A stretch of DNA of 64,000 nucleotides. Origin: Trueperaceae bacterium. Its GTDB lineage: Bacteria; Deinococcota; Deinococci; Deinococcales; Trueperaceae. Position numbers and translations under genes: made by a program. The notes below the pieces were generated by a model that had not been told where the DNA came from, did not search any database, and saw nothing but the letters and a program-made list of their open reading frames with translations. The stretch spans positions 32,001 through 96,000 of the forward strand of contig JBBDRK010000049.1 of the NCBI GenBank assembly GCA_040905465.1, given 5' to 3'. Positions within the stretch are counted from its first letter, which is position 1; each line of letters opens with the position of its first letter. Shown piece after piece: positions 1 to 9,925 of this stretch.

Positions 1-400
1 TGGTACCTCGCTCGATCCACTTCCTGGCGAGATGCCGGCACGGGAGCATAGTACCGCGGACGTTCACCGCGAAGACCCGGTCCCACTCCCCCACCTCGAC
101 GTCCACCACCGGGCAGTTGGGGAAGATGCCGTGCGCGCTAACGAGCAGGTCGATGCGACCCAGGGCCGACTCCGCCTGCTCGATCATCCGGGCCACGTCG
201 GGCTCGGACGACACGTCACCGGCAACGGCCGTCACCGCTGAGCCCTCCCCTTCCAGCTCCCGACAAGCCAGCACCGCCTTGTCCTCGTCGAGGTCGGCGA
301 GGGCGACTCGCGCCCCTTCGCGTTGCAAGATGGCGGCGATGGTGCGGCCGAGCCGTCCGCCGGCTCCGGTGAGAAGAGCGGTTCTGTCAGTCAACTGCAT
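1..400 (-). CDS. SDR family oxidoreductase (3' end runs off the window)
   Basis: Manual minus-strand translation MQLTDRTALLTGAGGRLGRTIA...GDVS...GRIDLLVSAHG...VNVRG shows the Rossmann TGxxGxxG motif. It overlaps the stop of the upstream M28 gene. Not in the ORF track. Confidence 0.9.
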   Translation of the reverse strand, partial: MQLTDRTALLTGAGGRLGRTIAAILQREGARVALADLDEDKAVLACRELEGEGSAVTAVAGDVSSEPDVARMIEQAESALGRIDLLVSAHGIFPNCPVVDVEVGEWDRVFAVNVRGTMLPCRHLARKWIERGT

Positions 401-2180
401 GGTCCCCTTGTATCGCCTGGCCGCCACCCTGATCGGCGAGGTACTTCTCGATAGTTTCAGTCGCCAGCCTGATAGCCCAGGCGACCTTGTTGCGGGCCCG
501 CGTCATCCCGGTAACCAGGAACTTGAACTCCGCGCTGCTCGGTTCGAGGTCGGCGAGCCGTTCGAGCGGCCGCAAGGTTGGGATCGCTTTGAGGCTGAGC
601 GCCGGGTCGTGGTCGAAACGGTCGACGGCGGTGTAGTCGATCGGCACCAGGGTGCGACTGATGTCCACGAGGCAGCGGTTGAGCCGCTCGGCCCTCTCCC
701 CGGTCGCCTCGTGACGGTGGCGGTTCAGCAGCTCGGCGCGCTGCACCAGCCGGCCGGCTCGGCGGATCGGCTCCCCCAAGTCGAACAAGTCGCCGACTCG
801 TTTCTGGAGTCCATCGAGTTCGCTCCGGAGGTAGCGGCCGTGCTCGGCGTAGTCGAGCGGGAGCACCTGGTCGGTGAGCAGCCGCCACACCACGTGCAGG
901 TAGATCCGCGTGTCTCGCACCAGGATCTGTTCGTCTATCTTGTCGAGCGTGTCGTGTGGAGTGTGCCACCACCAGCCGGTGCCGTGGCCCAGGCGGTTCC
1001 TGCCGCCGAAAACCGCCGCGGATGCGTTCGCCTCACCCGAGGCGGGCTGCTCGCTCATGTTGCCGAATATCGCGGGCACCCCTATGCCCCAGAACGACTG
1101 GTCGCCGGCGCGCCCCATCCTGCGCCCGCTGAACTCCTGCTCCGCCTGAGCCATCAACGCCTCGCGGGCGAGGCCCCGCAATTCGGCAGCGGCGGTGGTG
1201 TCGGCGACTATCGTGTTGCCCTGGCCGCCGGTGGAGTCTACGTTCACGTGCACCAGAGCTCGCGTTTCCAACTCCTCCCAGTTTGAGTCGGCGTACCAAG
1301 TGGAGGAGGAGTAACGGCCCTGCGAGTGGCCCGACCAGAAGATCACCCGAAGGCCCCGCCGCCAGCGGTCACGATGGAGGGCGCAGAGCCTGGCGACCTC
1401 GAGCATGGTGGCGTTGGCTCCGCCGTTGTCCATAACCCCGTAATACCAGGTGTCGTGGTGCCCGGTGAACAGCACGAACGGCTCTTCCTCGTCCCCGCCG
1501 GAGCTGACGAGTTCCGCCACCAGGATGGGGGTCTCACGCCAGCCGGTGTCCACCTCCGCGTGGATGATGAGCTCGAGGCGGCCGGAGCGATCCAGCGCCT
1601 CCTTGATCGCCTCGCCCTCTTCGAACGGCACGGTGACCACCACCGTGGAGGGGAGGTTGCCGGCGGTCTCGTGAGTAGGGCTGCCCCATACCGGCGAGAT
1701 GCACATCTCGTGCAGGTGCTCGTGGGGGCTCACGTGGACCTGTCCGACGGCGCCGGCTCGTGAGGCGCGGAGGGTGGCTGCCGGGTTAGCAATGCCGTCG
1801 ATCAGGGCGATCTTGCCCCGAACTTCGGCCGCCACGAACTCCTCCTCGCTCCCGCTGCCGAGGTACACGACCTCGGCAGCGGTGCCGGCAGGAGCGGTAG
1901 ACCGGGAGAACGAGTGGGCTATGGCGCGGAAGTCGCGGCCGAGGCCTTCCACGCGCGCCTTGCCGGGAAGGCTGATGTACGCGTCGTGCAAGATCAGGCT
2001 GGTTGCGTAGCCGTACTCCTCCATCGTGCCCTGGACGTGCCGCAGGCTTAGCAACTCCTCTTCGCTGCCGGCGTGTTTGGTCCAACGAGCGAATGCCTGC
2101 ATGTGGGCCATCATTTCCGGCCCTGAAACGGTGTCGAGGATTGACCCCAGGTCGTGGGTCGGGCTGTCGGCTCGGTTCAA
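387..2180 (-). CDS. M28 family metallopeptidase with PA domain
   Basis: Motifs GHHDTWYYGVMDNGG, WSGHSQGRYS, NVDSTG, WHTPHDTLD. TTG start chosen downstream of AGGAGG. Confidence 0.85.
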   Translation of the reverse strand: MNRADSPTHDLGSILDTVSGPEMMAHMQAFARWTKHAGSEEELLSLRHVQGTMEEYGYATSLILHDAYISLPGKARVEGLGRDFRAIAHSFSRSTAPAGTAAEVVYLGSGSEEEFVAAEVRGKIALIDGIANPAATLRASRAGAVGQVHVSPHEHLHEMCISPVWGSPTHETAGNLPSTVVVTVPFEEGEAIKEALDRSGRLELIIHAEVDTGWRETPILVAELVSSGGDEEEPFVLFTGHHDTWYYGVMDNGGANATMLEVARLCALHRDRWRRGLRVIFWSGHSQGRYSSSTWYADSNWEELETRALVHVNVDSTGGQGNTIVADTTAAAELRGLAREALMAQAEQEFSGRRMGRAGDQSFWGIGVPAIFGNMSEQPASGEANASAAVFGGRNRLGHGTGWWWHTPHDTLDKIDEQILVRDTRIYLHVVWRLLTDQVLPLDYAEHGRYLRSELDGLQKRVGDLFDLGEPIRRAGRLVQRAELLNRHRHEATGERAERLNRCLVDISRTLVPIDYTAVDRFDHDPALSLKAIPTLRPLERLADLEPSSAEFKFLVTGMTRARNKVAWAIRLATETIEKYLADQGGGQAIQGDHAVD

Positions 2181-3028
2181 GACGATTCCTCCTTCTGGGC
2201 GGCCTTCTGGCCGGCGGCGAGGCGGGTGGGCAGGGCGCCCTTGCCGAAGAGAACGGTCAGAATCACCACGAGGACTATCGCGAACCCGATCAGTACGGTC
2301 GAGAGGGCGGCGATGGTGGGGTCCTGCCACTTCTGCAGGTACAGGAACATCTCGATCGGCAAGGTGTTGCTGGAGGGCCGGACCAGGAAGACCGTGGTCT
2401 CGACCTGGTCGAAGGAGATGATGAAAGAGAACACCGCAGCCACGATCATGCTCACCGAGATCTGCGGGAGCACCACCCGGAAAAAGGTGTAGAGCGGGCC
2501 GGCTCCGAGATCCATCGCCGCTTCCTGCAAGGTCCAGTCGAAGCTCACCAACGAGGCGGAGAGGATCGCGATCACGAACGGCAGCGTGACCACCGCGTGG
2601 GTGACCACCAGGCTCCAGTAACTGTTCAGGCTCCCGACCTCCACGAAGAACATGAACAGCGCCACCCCGAGCACGATCTTCGGCATGACTATGGGCGAGA
2701 GCAGGAACGCTTTGACCATGTCGCTTCCGGGTATGCGGTACCTCACCAAGGCGTAGGCGGCCATGGTGCCCACCACCAGCGAGACGGAGGTGGCAACCAG
2801 GGCTAGCACCACGCTGCGGACGGCGGCACCGTAGAAGGCGTCCTGCCCCGCCAGGTTGCGGTACCAGCGCAGCGAGTATCCCTCGGGTGGGAACACGTTG
2901 TAAGCGACACTGCTGAACGAGTTGAGAACCACCACGGCCAGCGGCGAGACGATGAACAGACCCGCCAGAACCGAGAAGAGCGCCAGCAGCAGGTGACGCA
3001 AGGGCGGAATGCGGTTGCGGGTGCGCAT
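2177..3028 (-). CDS. ABC transporter permease (PotC-like)
   Basis: Six TM segments, EAAMDLGA loop, TLPIEMF. The ATG overlaps the upstream TGA. Confidence 0.9.
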   Translation of the reverse strand: MRTRNRIPPLRHLLLALFSVLAGLFIVSPLAVVVLNSFSSVAYNVFPPEGYSLRWYRNLAGQDAFYGAAVRSVVLALVATSVSLVVGTMAAYALVRYRIPGSDMVKAFLLSPIVMPKIVLGVALFMFFVEVGSLNSYWSLVVTHAVVTLPFVIAILSASLVSFDWTLQEAAMDLGAGPLYTFFRVVLPQISVSMIVAAVFSFIISFDQVETTVFLVRPSSNTLPIEMFLYLQKWQDPTIAALSTVLIGFAIVLVVILTVLFGKGALPTRLAAGQKAAQKEESS

Positions 3029-3927
3029 CAGCGGACCTCGCTGTAGCGAAGCAGGCGGTTGAAGCTGGCTACGGTGAGCAGCGAGAGGACCAGCAGCACC
3101 ATGCCGCCGACGGCGGCTACCGGCCAGTTGATGTCGGCCGTGGCGCGGTAAACGTGGAGCGGTAGCACCAGAACGCGCCCCCCACCCAGAATCGACGGCG
3201 TCACGAACGCGCCGAGGGCCAGGGTGAAGCAGATCTGGGCTCCGGCAACCAACCCTGGCAGCGTGAGGGGCAACGTGACCCGCCGGAAGACGGTCCACCA
3301 GCCGGCGCCGAGGTCTTCGGCGGCCTCCTTGATGGTGGGATCGAGCCGGACCATGGAGGTGTAGATGGGGAATACTACGAACGGCAGGAACACGTGCGCC
3401 AGGCTGATGAGCACGCCGGTGAGGTTGTACACCAGCCGTAGCGGGTCATCGATCATTCCGGCGCGCTGCAATATGTAGTTCACCGGTCCCTGGTCGGCGA
3501 GCAGGACGGTCCAGCCGTAACTGCGCACGACCACGCTGACGATGATGGGGGAGAAGACCAGCACTGCCAGCCACTTCTGCACGGCGGGCCGGCCGATCCG
3601 CCACATGGCGTACGCCAACGGGTAGCCGATGAGGACAGACAGTACGGTGACGATGCCGGCCATGCGCAAGGTGTCGAAGATGATCGCGTGGTAGTACTCA
3701 TCGAACATGAACCTGCGGTAGGTGTCGAGGGAAAACGCCTCCTGGAGCCTGCCGCGCTCGAACTTGTGGAAGCTGAAGCGAAAAAAGGTCAGCAAGGGCA
3801 GGACGAACGCGTACGCCATCAGGCACAGGGTCGGCGCCAGCAGCAGCAGGGGCGGGAGCCACGCCAGCCGGCCGCGCCTGCGCTTGCTCGCCGGGCCGAT
3901 CCTGGGGCCGATCAGATCGGCAGCCAC
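3028..3927 (-). CDS. ABC transporter permease (PotB-like)
   Basis: VVRSYGW, GPVN and EAAEDLGA motifs. GTG start. Confidence 0.9.
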   Translation of the reverse strand: MAADLIGPRIGPASKRRRGRLAWLPPLLLLAPTLCLMAYAFVLPLLTFFRFSFHKFERGRLQEAFSLDTYRRFMFDEYYHAIIFDTLRMAGIVTVLSVLIGYPLAYAMWRIGRPAVQKWLAVLVFSPIIVSVVVRSYGWTVLLADQGPVNYILQRAGMIDDPLRLVYNLTGVLISLAHVFLPFVVFPIYTSMVRLDPTIKEAAEDLGAGWWTVFRRVTLPLTLPGLVAGAQICFTLALGAFVTPSILGGGRVLVLPLHVYRATADINWPVAAVGGMVLLVLSLLTVASFNRLLRYSEVR

Positions 3928-3940
3928 TCGCTCACCCCCT

Positions 3941-5029
3941 TCACGCCGGCACGGACGCCGTGGGGAACAGGCGGGCGGCCTGGTCGCTCCAGCCGGCGGT
4001 AACCACCTGGCCGGCGCTGAGCAGCGGTTGCGAGCCGTCGTAATGCACCTCGGCCAGCACCTCCAACGGGGGGTTGCCGAGCTGGAGCACATACTGGACG
4101 GAGGAACCCGAGAAGATCACGTCGCGGACCCGGGCCTCGAACCGGTTCGGCAGTCCCTCGCTGGCGGCGCCGATCCTTATCAACTCGTAACGGATCGACG
4201 CCTGAGCGGGAGCGAGCGCCACGCCCGGGGTGGTGTTGCCGGCAAAGCGGATCTCGCCGGCTCGCACCACCGCCCGGCCGTCGGCCACCTCCTCCACCTC
4301 CACGTCGAAAAGGTTGGTGTTGCCGATGAAGGCGGCCACAAAGCGGCTGCCGGGCCGGTCGTAGATCTCCTGGGGCGTGCCCATCTGCTCGATCCGGCCC
4401 TCATTCATAATCGCAATCCGGTCGGACATGGTCATGGCCTCGCCTTGGTCGTGAGTCACGTAGATGAAGGTGGTGCCCACGTCCTGTTGAATACGTTTGA
4501 GCTCCAGTTGCATCTGCAGCCTGAGCTTGAGGTCGAGGGCGCCCAGCGGCTCGTCCAGCAGCAGTACCTTGGGCCGCTTCACCAGCGCGCGAGCGAGCGC
4601 CACGCGTTGCATCTGACCTCCGCTGAGTTGACCCGGCTTGCGCTGGGCGAACTCCTGGAGGCCGACGAGCTCCAGCAGCTCCCCTACCCGCCGGCGAATC
4701 TCCTGGCCCGCGAGCCTCTCCACCTTCAGGCCGAACGCGACGTTCTCAAACACGCTCATGTGCGGGAACAGCGCCCAGCGCTGGAACACCATGTTGGTGG
4801 GGCGGCGGTAGGGAGAAACGTTGCGCATGTCCAGGCCGGCGATGCGCAACTCTCCTTGGTCGGGATGCTCGAAGCCGCTCGCCATCCGCAGGGTGGTCGA
4901 CTTCCCGCACCCGCTCGGACCGAGAAGGGAGAAGAAGCTTCCCGAGTCCACCGAGAAGGTGATGTCATCCACCGCCTTGAAATCCCCGAAGTACTTTGTG
5001 ACGTTCACCAGTTCGACGTCGGCGCTCAA
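3941..5029 (-). CDS. ABC transporter ATP-binding protein (PotA-like)
   Basis: Walker A GPSGCGKS, LSGGQ, LLLDEP, C-terminal TOBE-like region. TTG start after AGGAG. Confidence 0.93.
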   Translation of the reverse strand: MSADVELVNVTKYFGDFKAVDDITFSVDSGSFFSLLGPSGCGKSTTLRMASGFEHPDQGELRIAGLDMRNVSPYRRPTNMVFQRWALFPHMSVFENVAFGLKVERLAGQEIRRRVGELLELVGLQEFAQRKPGQLSGGQMQRVALARALVKRPKVLLLDEPLGALDLKLRLQMQLELKRIQQDVGTTFIYVTHDQGEAMTMSDRIAIMNEGRIEQMGTPQEIYDRPGSRFVAAFIGNTNLFDVEVEEVADGRAVVRAGEIRFAGNTTPGVALAPAQASIRYELIRIGAASEGLPNRFEARVRDVIFSGSSVQYVLQLGNPPLEVLAEVHYDGSQPLLSAGQVVTAGWSDQAARLFPTASVPA

Positions 5030-5065
5030 GAAAGGCTCCTCATGAAAATAGGGCGCAGACAAGAG

Positions 5066-5102
5066 AGCGGGGCCGGAACCCCGAAGGTTTCCGGCCCCTG
5101 CT
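5066..5102 (-). terminator. GC-rich stem-loop after the solute-binding protein gene (mRNA stabiliser or partial terminator)
   Basis: GGGGCCGGAACC-CCGAA-GGTTTCCGGCCCC imperfect inverted repeat just after the SBP stop. Confidence 0.6.
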
Positions 5103-5108
5103 GCTCGG

Positions 5109-6182
5109 TCAGCGCAGCTTGAACTTCACTTCGCGGTCCCAGCGCTCGCGCCACTCCGAGCTCATCTCGGCGATGTGGTCGTAGTCGAGCAGGATCGAGT
5201 TGCGGGCCACGTCGAGGTTCAGATCCGGATTGTTCTGCTGCTCCTCGGTGAGAGCGGCGTTCTTCACTACCGGGATCGCGTAGGTGAGCTCACCGTAGCG
5301 GGCGGCGTTATCCGGCGAGAGCAGAGTGTTGACCAGGTCTTCGCAAACCACTCGTTCCTCGTCGGTCACTCCCTGGGAGATGGTGAGGTAGACGGGGAAG
5401 GCGATTGCGCCCTCCTCAGGGGTGACGTAGCCGAGCGGCGCGCCCTCGGCAACCCAGACATTGGCCAGGGCCGAGAACCAGGGGGCGATCCAGGCATCGC
5501 CGCTGACGAGCAGGTTCTTGAGGGCGTCGTTCGAGTCGACGAGCGCGCGGATGTTCTCGGCGTTCTCCGCCCACACCTCGAAGCCGGGGTCGATGTTGTA
5601 CTCGTCGCCGCCGTTGAGCCTGGCGGCAATCGTCATCATCCGCGTGTCGTAGTCGAACATCACCACGCGGCCGCGGAAGGCCGGATCCCACAGGTCGGTC
5701 CACGAGGTGGGCGGTTCGGAGAGAGCGTCGGTGTTGTAGAGCAGACCGATGCCGGACATCTGGTAGCCGACGCCGCGATCGTCGGGCCGGCGGTACTGGT
5801 CGAACACGTTCTCCATGTTGGGAATGTTGGCGGGGTCGAGCGATTCCCACATGTCGTCGATGTCGCCCTTGGTCATCGAGTCCACGTTGAAGAACCCGCA
5901 GTGGACCAGGGGGTCGTCGGGCGTGGTCCGGCGCGAGGCCACCATCTTGGGGTAGGTGATGGTGTTGTTCGACTCGAGGATTTCGATGTCGACGTTCGGG
6001 TGTTCCTCGCGGTACTGCTCGATCACGTCCATCGGCACAACACCCTGATTGGAGCCGGCCCAGATGAAGAAGGTGAGCTTCGCGTCTTCAACCGGCGCAT
6101 GGTCTGCGATGGCGAGAGACGCCATGGCGAGAGTGGAGGCGATGAGGAGGGTTCTGATCGAGAGCTTCCTGCCTATAATCAC
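5109..6182 (-). CDS. Extracellular solute-binding protein (PotD/PotF-like)
   Basis: Signal peptide and PTSWTDLWDPAFRGRV motif. First gene of the ABC operon. Confidence 0.88.
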   Translation of the reverse strand: MIIGRKLSIRTLLIASTLAMASLAIADHAPVEDAKLTFFIWAGSNQGVVPMDVIEQYREEHPNVDIEILESNNTITYPKMVASRRTTPDDPLVHCGFFNVDSMTKGDIDDMWESLDPANIPNMENVFDQYRRPDDRGVGYQMSGIGLLYNTDALSEPPTSWTDLWDPAFRGRVVMFDYDTRMMTIAARLNGGDEYNIDPGFEVWAENAENIRALVDSNDALKNLLVSGDAWIAPWFSALANVWVAEGAPLGYVTPEEGAIAFPVYLTISQGVTDEERVVCEDLVNTLLSPDNAARYGELTYAIPVVKNAALTEEQQNNPDLNLDVARNSILLDYDHIAEMSSEWRERWDREVKFKLR

Positions 6183-6355
6183 GGTGTACCAGCCTTTCTT
6201 AACTGGACGGGCCTGCCTTAAACCGACTTTCGACTACCTCCTCAGTGTGCCTGGGCCGAGCGAGCGGCTGACGCAAGATGAGCACGACGGATAGTTTCGT
6301 GTGCGTACAGCTTAGTTCTCTCGCTTGCGCTTTGTCAACAATTGGTTAAGAGCAC

Positions 6356-6370
6356 CTGCGCATTGCGCAG
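6356..6370. promoter_or_regulatory. 15-bp palindrome, candidate operator
   Basis: CTGCGCA-T-TGCGCAG in the divergent intergenic region between the SBP and Lrp genes. Confidence 0.45.
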
Positions 6371-6417
6371 TATGGTATCTTCGTCGGCAATCACCGGACG
6401 ACAGGAGAACCAACAGG

Positions 6418-6939
6418 ATGGGAAAGGCTTTCAGTGAACTAGACGATCTAGACCGCAAGATCATCGTCGCTCTCGAGAAGGACGGCCGCAAGGCGTACCG
6501 GGAGATCGGGCGTCAGCTGGGCGTGCCGGAGGCGACCGTTCGCTCGCGAGTAACCAAACTGCTCGAGAACGGCCACATACGGATCACGGCGGTGGGGAAT
6601 CCGCTCGGGCTGGGAGTCGAGGTCGTCGCCGTCACCCTGATCCGCGTGCGGCCCGGCCACGTAGAGGAGACCGCCGAGGTGCTGTCGCGCTACCCCAACG
6701 TCCGCTTCGTAGGCACCTCATTCGGCTCCGCCGACATCATCATCCAGACGCTGCACCCGAACCTGCGGCGTCTGCACCACTTCATCGCTCAGGAGATCCC
6801 CAGGGCGGCATCCGCCATAACCAGCACCGAAACGTTCCAGCTGGCGAACGTGGTGAAGAGCTCCTGGGCGTGGGGCGAGTGGTTCGAGGAGCTCGAGAGG
6901 CTGGACCGCGAGGTGCTCGAGGTACGGCAGGGGAAGTAG
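6418..6939 (+). CDS. Lrp/AsnC family transcriptional regulator
   Basis: LDDLDRKIIVALEKDGRKAYREIGRQLGVPEATVRSRV HTH plus a C-terminal RAM-like domain. Confidence 0.93.
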   Translation: MGKAFSELDDLDRKIIVALEKDGRKAYREIGRQLGVPEATVRSRVTKLLENGHIRITAVGNPLGLGVEVVAVTLIRVRPGHVEETAEVLSRYPNVRFVGTSFGSADIIIQTLHPNLRRLHHFIAQEIPRAASAITSTETFQLANVVKSSWAWGEWFEELERLDREVLEVRQGK

Positions 6940-7136
6940 CGCCGCATGAAACAGGGCCCGGAACGTTCGAATGAATGAGCCACGTCCGTCTGACCGATCG
7001 CCTGCAACATCGGCACGCAATCGCCGTAGTCGATCAGGCCGTGCTGCATTCGATGCAGACCGAGGTGAAGCCCTACCGCGCCATCACCTCGGCGACGACC
7101 GAGCTCGGAATGCGGAGTCAGCAGTTGATGGAACTG

Positions 7137-7883
7137 TCATTGAGCGCATTCCTGCCCAGCCTCGTTATCGTCGGGCAAGCGGGTACCGCTTTCGCCTCTA
7201 AGCGCGACACGCCCCCGGGCCGCCACGACCGTCAGGAATGGCTGCACCACGACACGGGGCTCGGTAATAGCGCGTCCGACTACCACGGCGAAGGCGCCAC
7301 GCTCGAAGGCGGCCTCCACCAGGACCGAAGTGTTGTAGCGCCCCTCGGCCACAACCGGAAGCCCGGCCTCGCTCAGAGCAGCCACCAAATCGAGGTCGGC
7401 TCCCTCCTGCTGCGGACTATAGGGGGTGTACCCCGATAGGGTCGTCCCGATCAAATCCGCTCCCGCCTCGGCAGCCGCCACGCCCTCCTCCACCGTCGAG
7501 ATGTCGGCCATCACCCGTGCACCACGCTCGTGCACCGATGCGATCAGCTCGCGGAGTGTGCTTCCGTCGGGACGAGGAGCGTCCGCTCCGTCCAGGGCAA
7601 CGATGTCGGCTCCGGCATCGACGACCTCGCGAGCGGAGGCGATGGTCGGGGTTATGAATACCTGAAACCCCTCGTGGCGCTGCTTGTTTATTCCAATGAT
7701 GGGAGAGCCGATGCGGGTGCGGATCGTGCGCACGCGCTCGGCGCCGTTAGCGCGTATCCCGGCAGCGCCGCTCTCCACCATGACGGCCGCGAGATCGGCA
7801 ACGTACGCCGGGGAATCGAGTGGCGCCTGAGGCTGACACGAGACGATCAAGGAGTGGCGGAGTTGCTCTAATATCCTGTCCAT
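7137..7883 (-). CDS. nanE: N-acetylmannosamine-6-phosphate 2-epimerase
   Basis: LIVSCQ, GIRANG, PIIGINK, FITPT, MADIST, GTTLSGYT, VAEGRY, VVVGRAIT. Confidence 0.92.
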   Translation of the reverse strand: MDRILEQLRHSLIVSCQPQAPLDSPAYVADLAAVMVESGAAGIRANGAERVRTIRTRIGSPIIGINKQRHEGFQVFITPTIASAREVVDAGADIVALDGADAPRPDGSTLRELIASVHERGARVMADISTVEEGVAAAEAGADLIGTTLSGYTPYSPQQEGADLDLVAALSEAGLPVVAEGRYNTSVLVEAAFERGAFAVVVGRAITEPRVVVQPFLTVVAARGRVALRGESGTRLPDDNEAGQECAQ

Positions 7884-8006
7884 GGCATTTCCCTTTCCCA
7901 AGCTGCCCTGCCAGACCGCGCTGCGGCCGACATACGCCCTCATCGGCAGCGGACCGGTTTTGAGGGCGGGGGTTGCGACCTGAAGGTTGCGGCGCCAGAT
8001 GAATGG

Positions 8007-8639
8007 CTAGCCTACAAGCTTGCGCACCAGGTAGCGGGCGTTCGCGGGCAGATCAGGGGAGTGTACCGGTGAGAAGCCCAGGTGCCGATAGAATCCTTCC
8101 GCCCGCCGGTTGGCCGGATCCATCTCCAGATGCACGCCTGGTGATCGCATCTCCAAGAGGCTAGCGAGCAAGACTTCGAGCAAGGCACGTCCCTGGCCCC
8201 GGCCCTGCGCACGCGGCAACAGGTCGACATGGAGTTGCGACGCGAACGGCGCCAGGACGTCCGGAAACACGAGCGTAGGGTGGTGAATTCGCCAGCGTAG
8301 TCTATCGCTCGCCGGCAACCTGTCCCACTCCTCGGTGGGCTCGGGAATCCGGCGCTGAAGGGGCGGCAACCACTCTCTCCTGTACTGCTCGAAGAACCTT
8401 TCCGTGTCCAGGGCGGCAAGCACGTAGCCACATATGCCGTCAGCGTCCTCGAGCGCATATGCCAAGTCGGGCTCGAGGCATACGTAAGGGCCGACATATA
8501 AGTGCCCGAGCAAGTTGCCGTCGTCGTAGAGATCGCCCGCGTCCTCGCCGGCTCGGCCCGTTTTCAGGCATACCCTGTAGAGTTGAGGAAGGTCGCGGCG
8601 AACCGCATGGCGAATTCGGAATCCTGAACGAGGTCTCAC
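8007..8639 (-). CDS. GNAT family N-acetyltransferase
   Basis: LHVDLLPRAQGRGQG acetyl-CoA motif A and FYRHLGF. Confidence 0.85.
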   Translation of the reverse strand: MRPRSGFRIRHAVRRDLPQLYRVCLKTGRAGEDAGDLYDDGNLLGHLYVGPYVCLEPDLAYALEDADGICGYVLAALDTERFFEQYRREWLPPLQRRIPEPTEEWDRLPASDRLRWRIHHPTLVFPDVLAPFASQLHVDLLPRAQGRGQGRALLEVLLASLLEMRSPGVHLEMDPANRRAEGFYRHLGFSPVHSPDLPANARYLVRKLVG

Positions 8640-9925
8640 TTGGTCGCACTCAGCTCGACCAGGATCTCACGGACGGTGCCCCCGAAAACGTCGCTGGAGG
8701 TTTGGTCGAAGCGGGCAACCATCGTCTCATAGGTGTTAGCGCCTCCCACCGGGAAATATCCCTCGTAGCCGTTGGCGAGCGTGGCCAGCGCCCAAGGTCG
8801 CCACTCCTTCCAACCGCGGCTCCACTCGCGGAAGCTCGTGTCCGGAACCTCGGCGGGGGAAGTCACGAGCACTGCGCCGCCGATCCGCACACCACCCAAT
8901 TCGAACGATACCTGCTCCGGAAAGTCAGCCCCGGAGACCAGCTTCCATTGCTGGCGGGCGCCCTGCAGCCGCGTCCAGGCGACTCTGAGGCGAGGATCGC
9001 ACACCCCATCCTCCCGAGCCCGGGAGTAGGCCGCTTCCGCCTCAGCCAAGGCAGCCTCGGCCTGCTCTGGTGCCGGCAACTCCCGTGTGGGTACGTGGAC
9101 GATGCGCGAAAGCAGAGCCAGTTCCACGCCGTTACCGTCCGGTATCGCCGTCACGCCTGACGCCTCTGTCGCCAATGTGGCCAGCCGACGACCAAGCCGC
9201 AGCGCCTCCCCGTGAGACGATTCCCGCCGAACGAACCGCGTGCTGACGTCCGCGGCGGCCCCCGTGAGGACCGCGCATGAGGCTCCGGTTCGCGCCTCGA
9301 GCTCGCGAGCCACTGCCCCGAACAGGTCACCCGAGTAGGCGAGGTTGGACGCGTCCAACACGGTCGAGTGGCAGCCCACGGAAAGGAGGGTACCGAGGAG
9401 AGATCCATCCTCGGGATTCGTGAGGCGGACGGCGAGGCCGCTACCTGCCGCGCTCGAGTCGGGCTCCAGTCGGTTGCTCGCCACGCCCGTGAGTGGGAAC
9501 CGCCGGACCGAGACGCGCGCTTCACGACGGACATTCCTCGCGGCCGCGGCGGCTTCAGCCACCTTCTCGGCGACGCGTTCAGCGTACTGCATCTCCGCCT
9601 CTACGCTCGTGGGGTATTCCGCGAAACCTTTCGGACCAGCGTGGGTATGTGTGGCGGCTATCAGTGAAAGGGCTCGGCGGTCAGACCGCACTTTCGGCAG
9701 AAGCGCCTTCACGTGCTCCACCCATGGTCGGCTCACGCCGAGGACTTCAAGGACCACCAGCGTAAGCTCGAAATCGCGGTTCCCGAGGTGCCAGACCCTT
9801 CCCATCAGCAGATCGAGACAGTCCCCCGCGGTGCCGGTGCGGTCTGCATAACCGTCCAGTTCCAGTCCCAGCGGCGGGTCGAGTGGAAAGGAAGCGATGC
9901 CGAAGAGCAAATCGCTCCCGCTCAC
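8636..9925 (-). CDS. Neutral/alkaline ceramidase-like amidohydrolase
   Basis: LDGYADR, ATHTHAGP, GCHSTVL, SGDLFG, TGAAADVS, LANGYEGY. GTG start overlaps the upstream TGA. Confidence 0.75.
   Translation of the reverse strand: MSGSDLLFGIASFPLDPPLGLELDGYADRTGTAGDCLDLLMGRVWHLGNRDFELTLVVLEVLGVSRPWVEHVKALLPKVRSDRRALSLIAATHTHAGPKGFAEYPTSVEAEMQYAERVAEKVAEAAAAARNVRREARVSVRRFPLTGVASNRLEPDSSAAGSGLAVRLTNPEDGSLLGTLLSVGCHSTVLDASNLAYSGDLFGAVARELEARTGASCAVLTGAAADVSTRFVRRESSHGEALRLGRRLATLATEASGVTAIPDGNGVELALLSRIVHVPTRELPAPEQAEAALAEAEAAYSRAREDGVCDPRLRVAWTRLQGARQQWKLVSGADFPEQVSFELGGVRIGGAVLVTSPAEVPDTSFREWSRGWKEWRPWALATLANGYEGYFPVGGANTYETMVARFDQTSSDVFGGTVREILVELSATK

Noticed and set aside
117-6221. Long plus-strand ORFs (117-1286, 3722-5122, 5175-6221) and similar ones elsewhere (43896-45128 minus, 33303-34523 minus)
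   Set aside because: Antisense shadows of well-supported genes, expected in high-GC DNA, with no recognisable motifs.
7137-7883. Canonical sialic-acid (nan) operon
   Set aside because: No nanA lyase, sialidase or nagA/nagB in the cluster.
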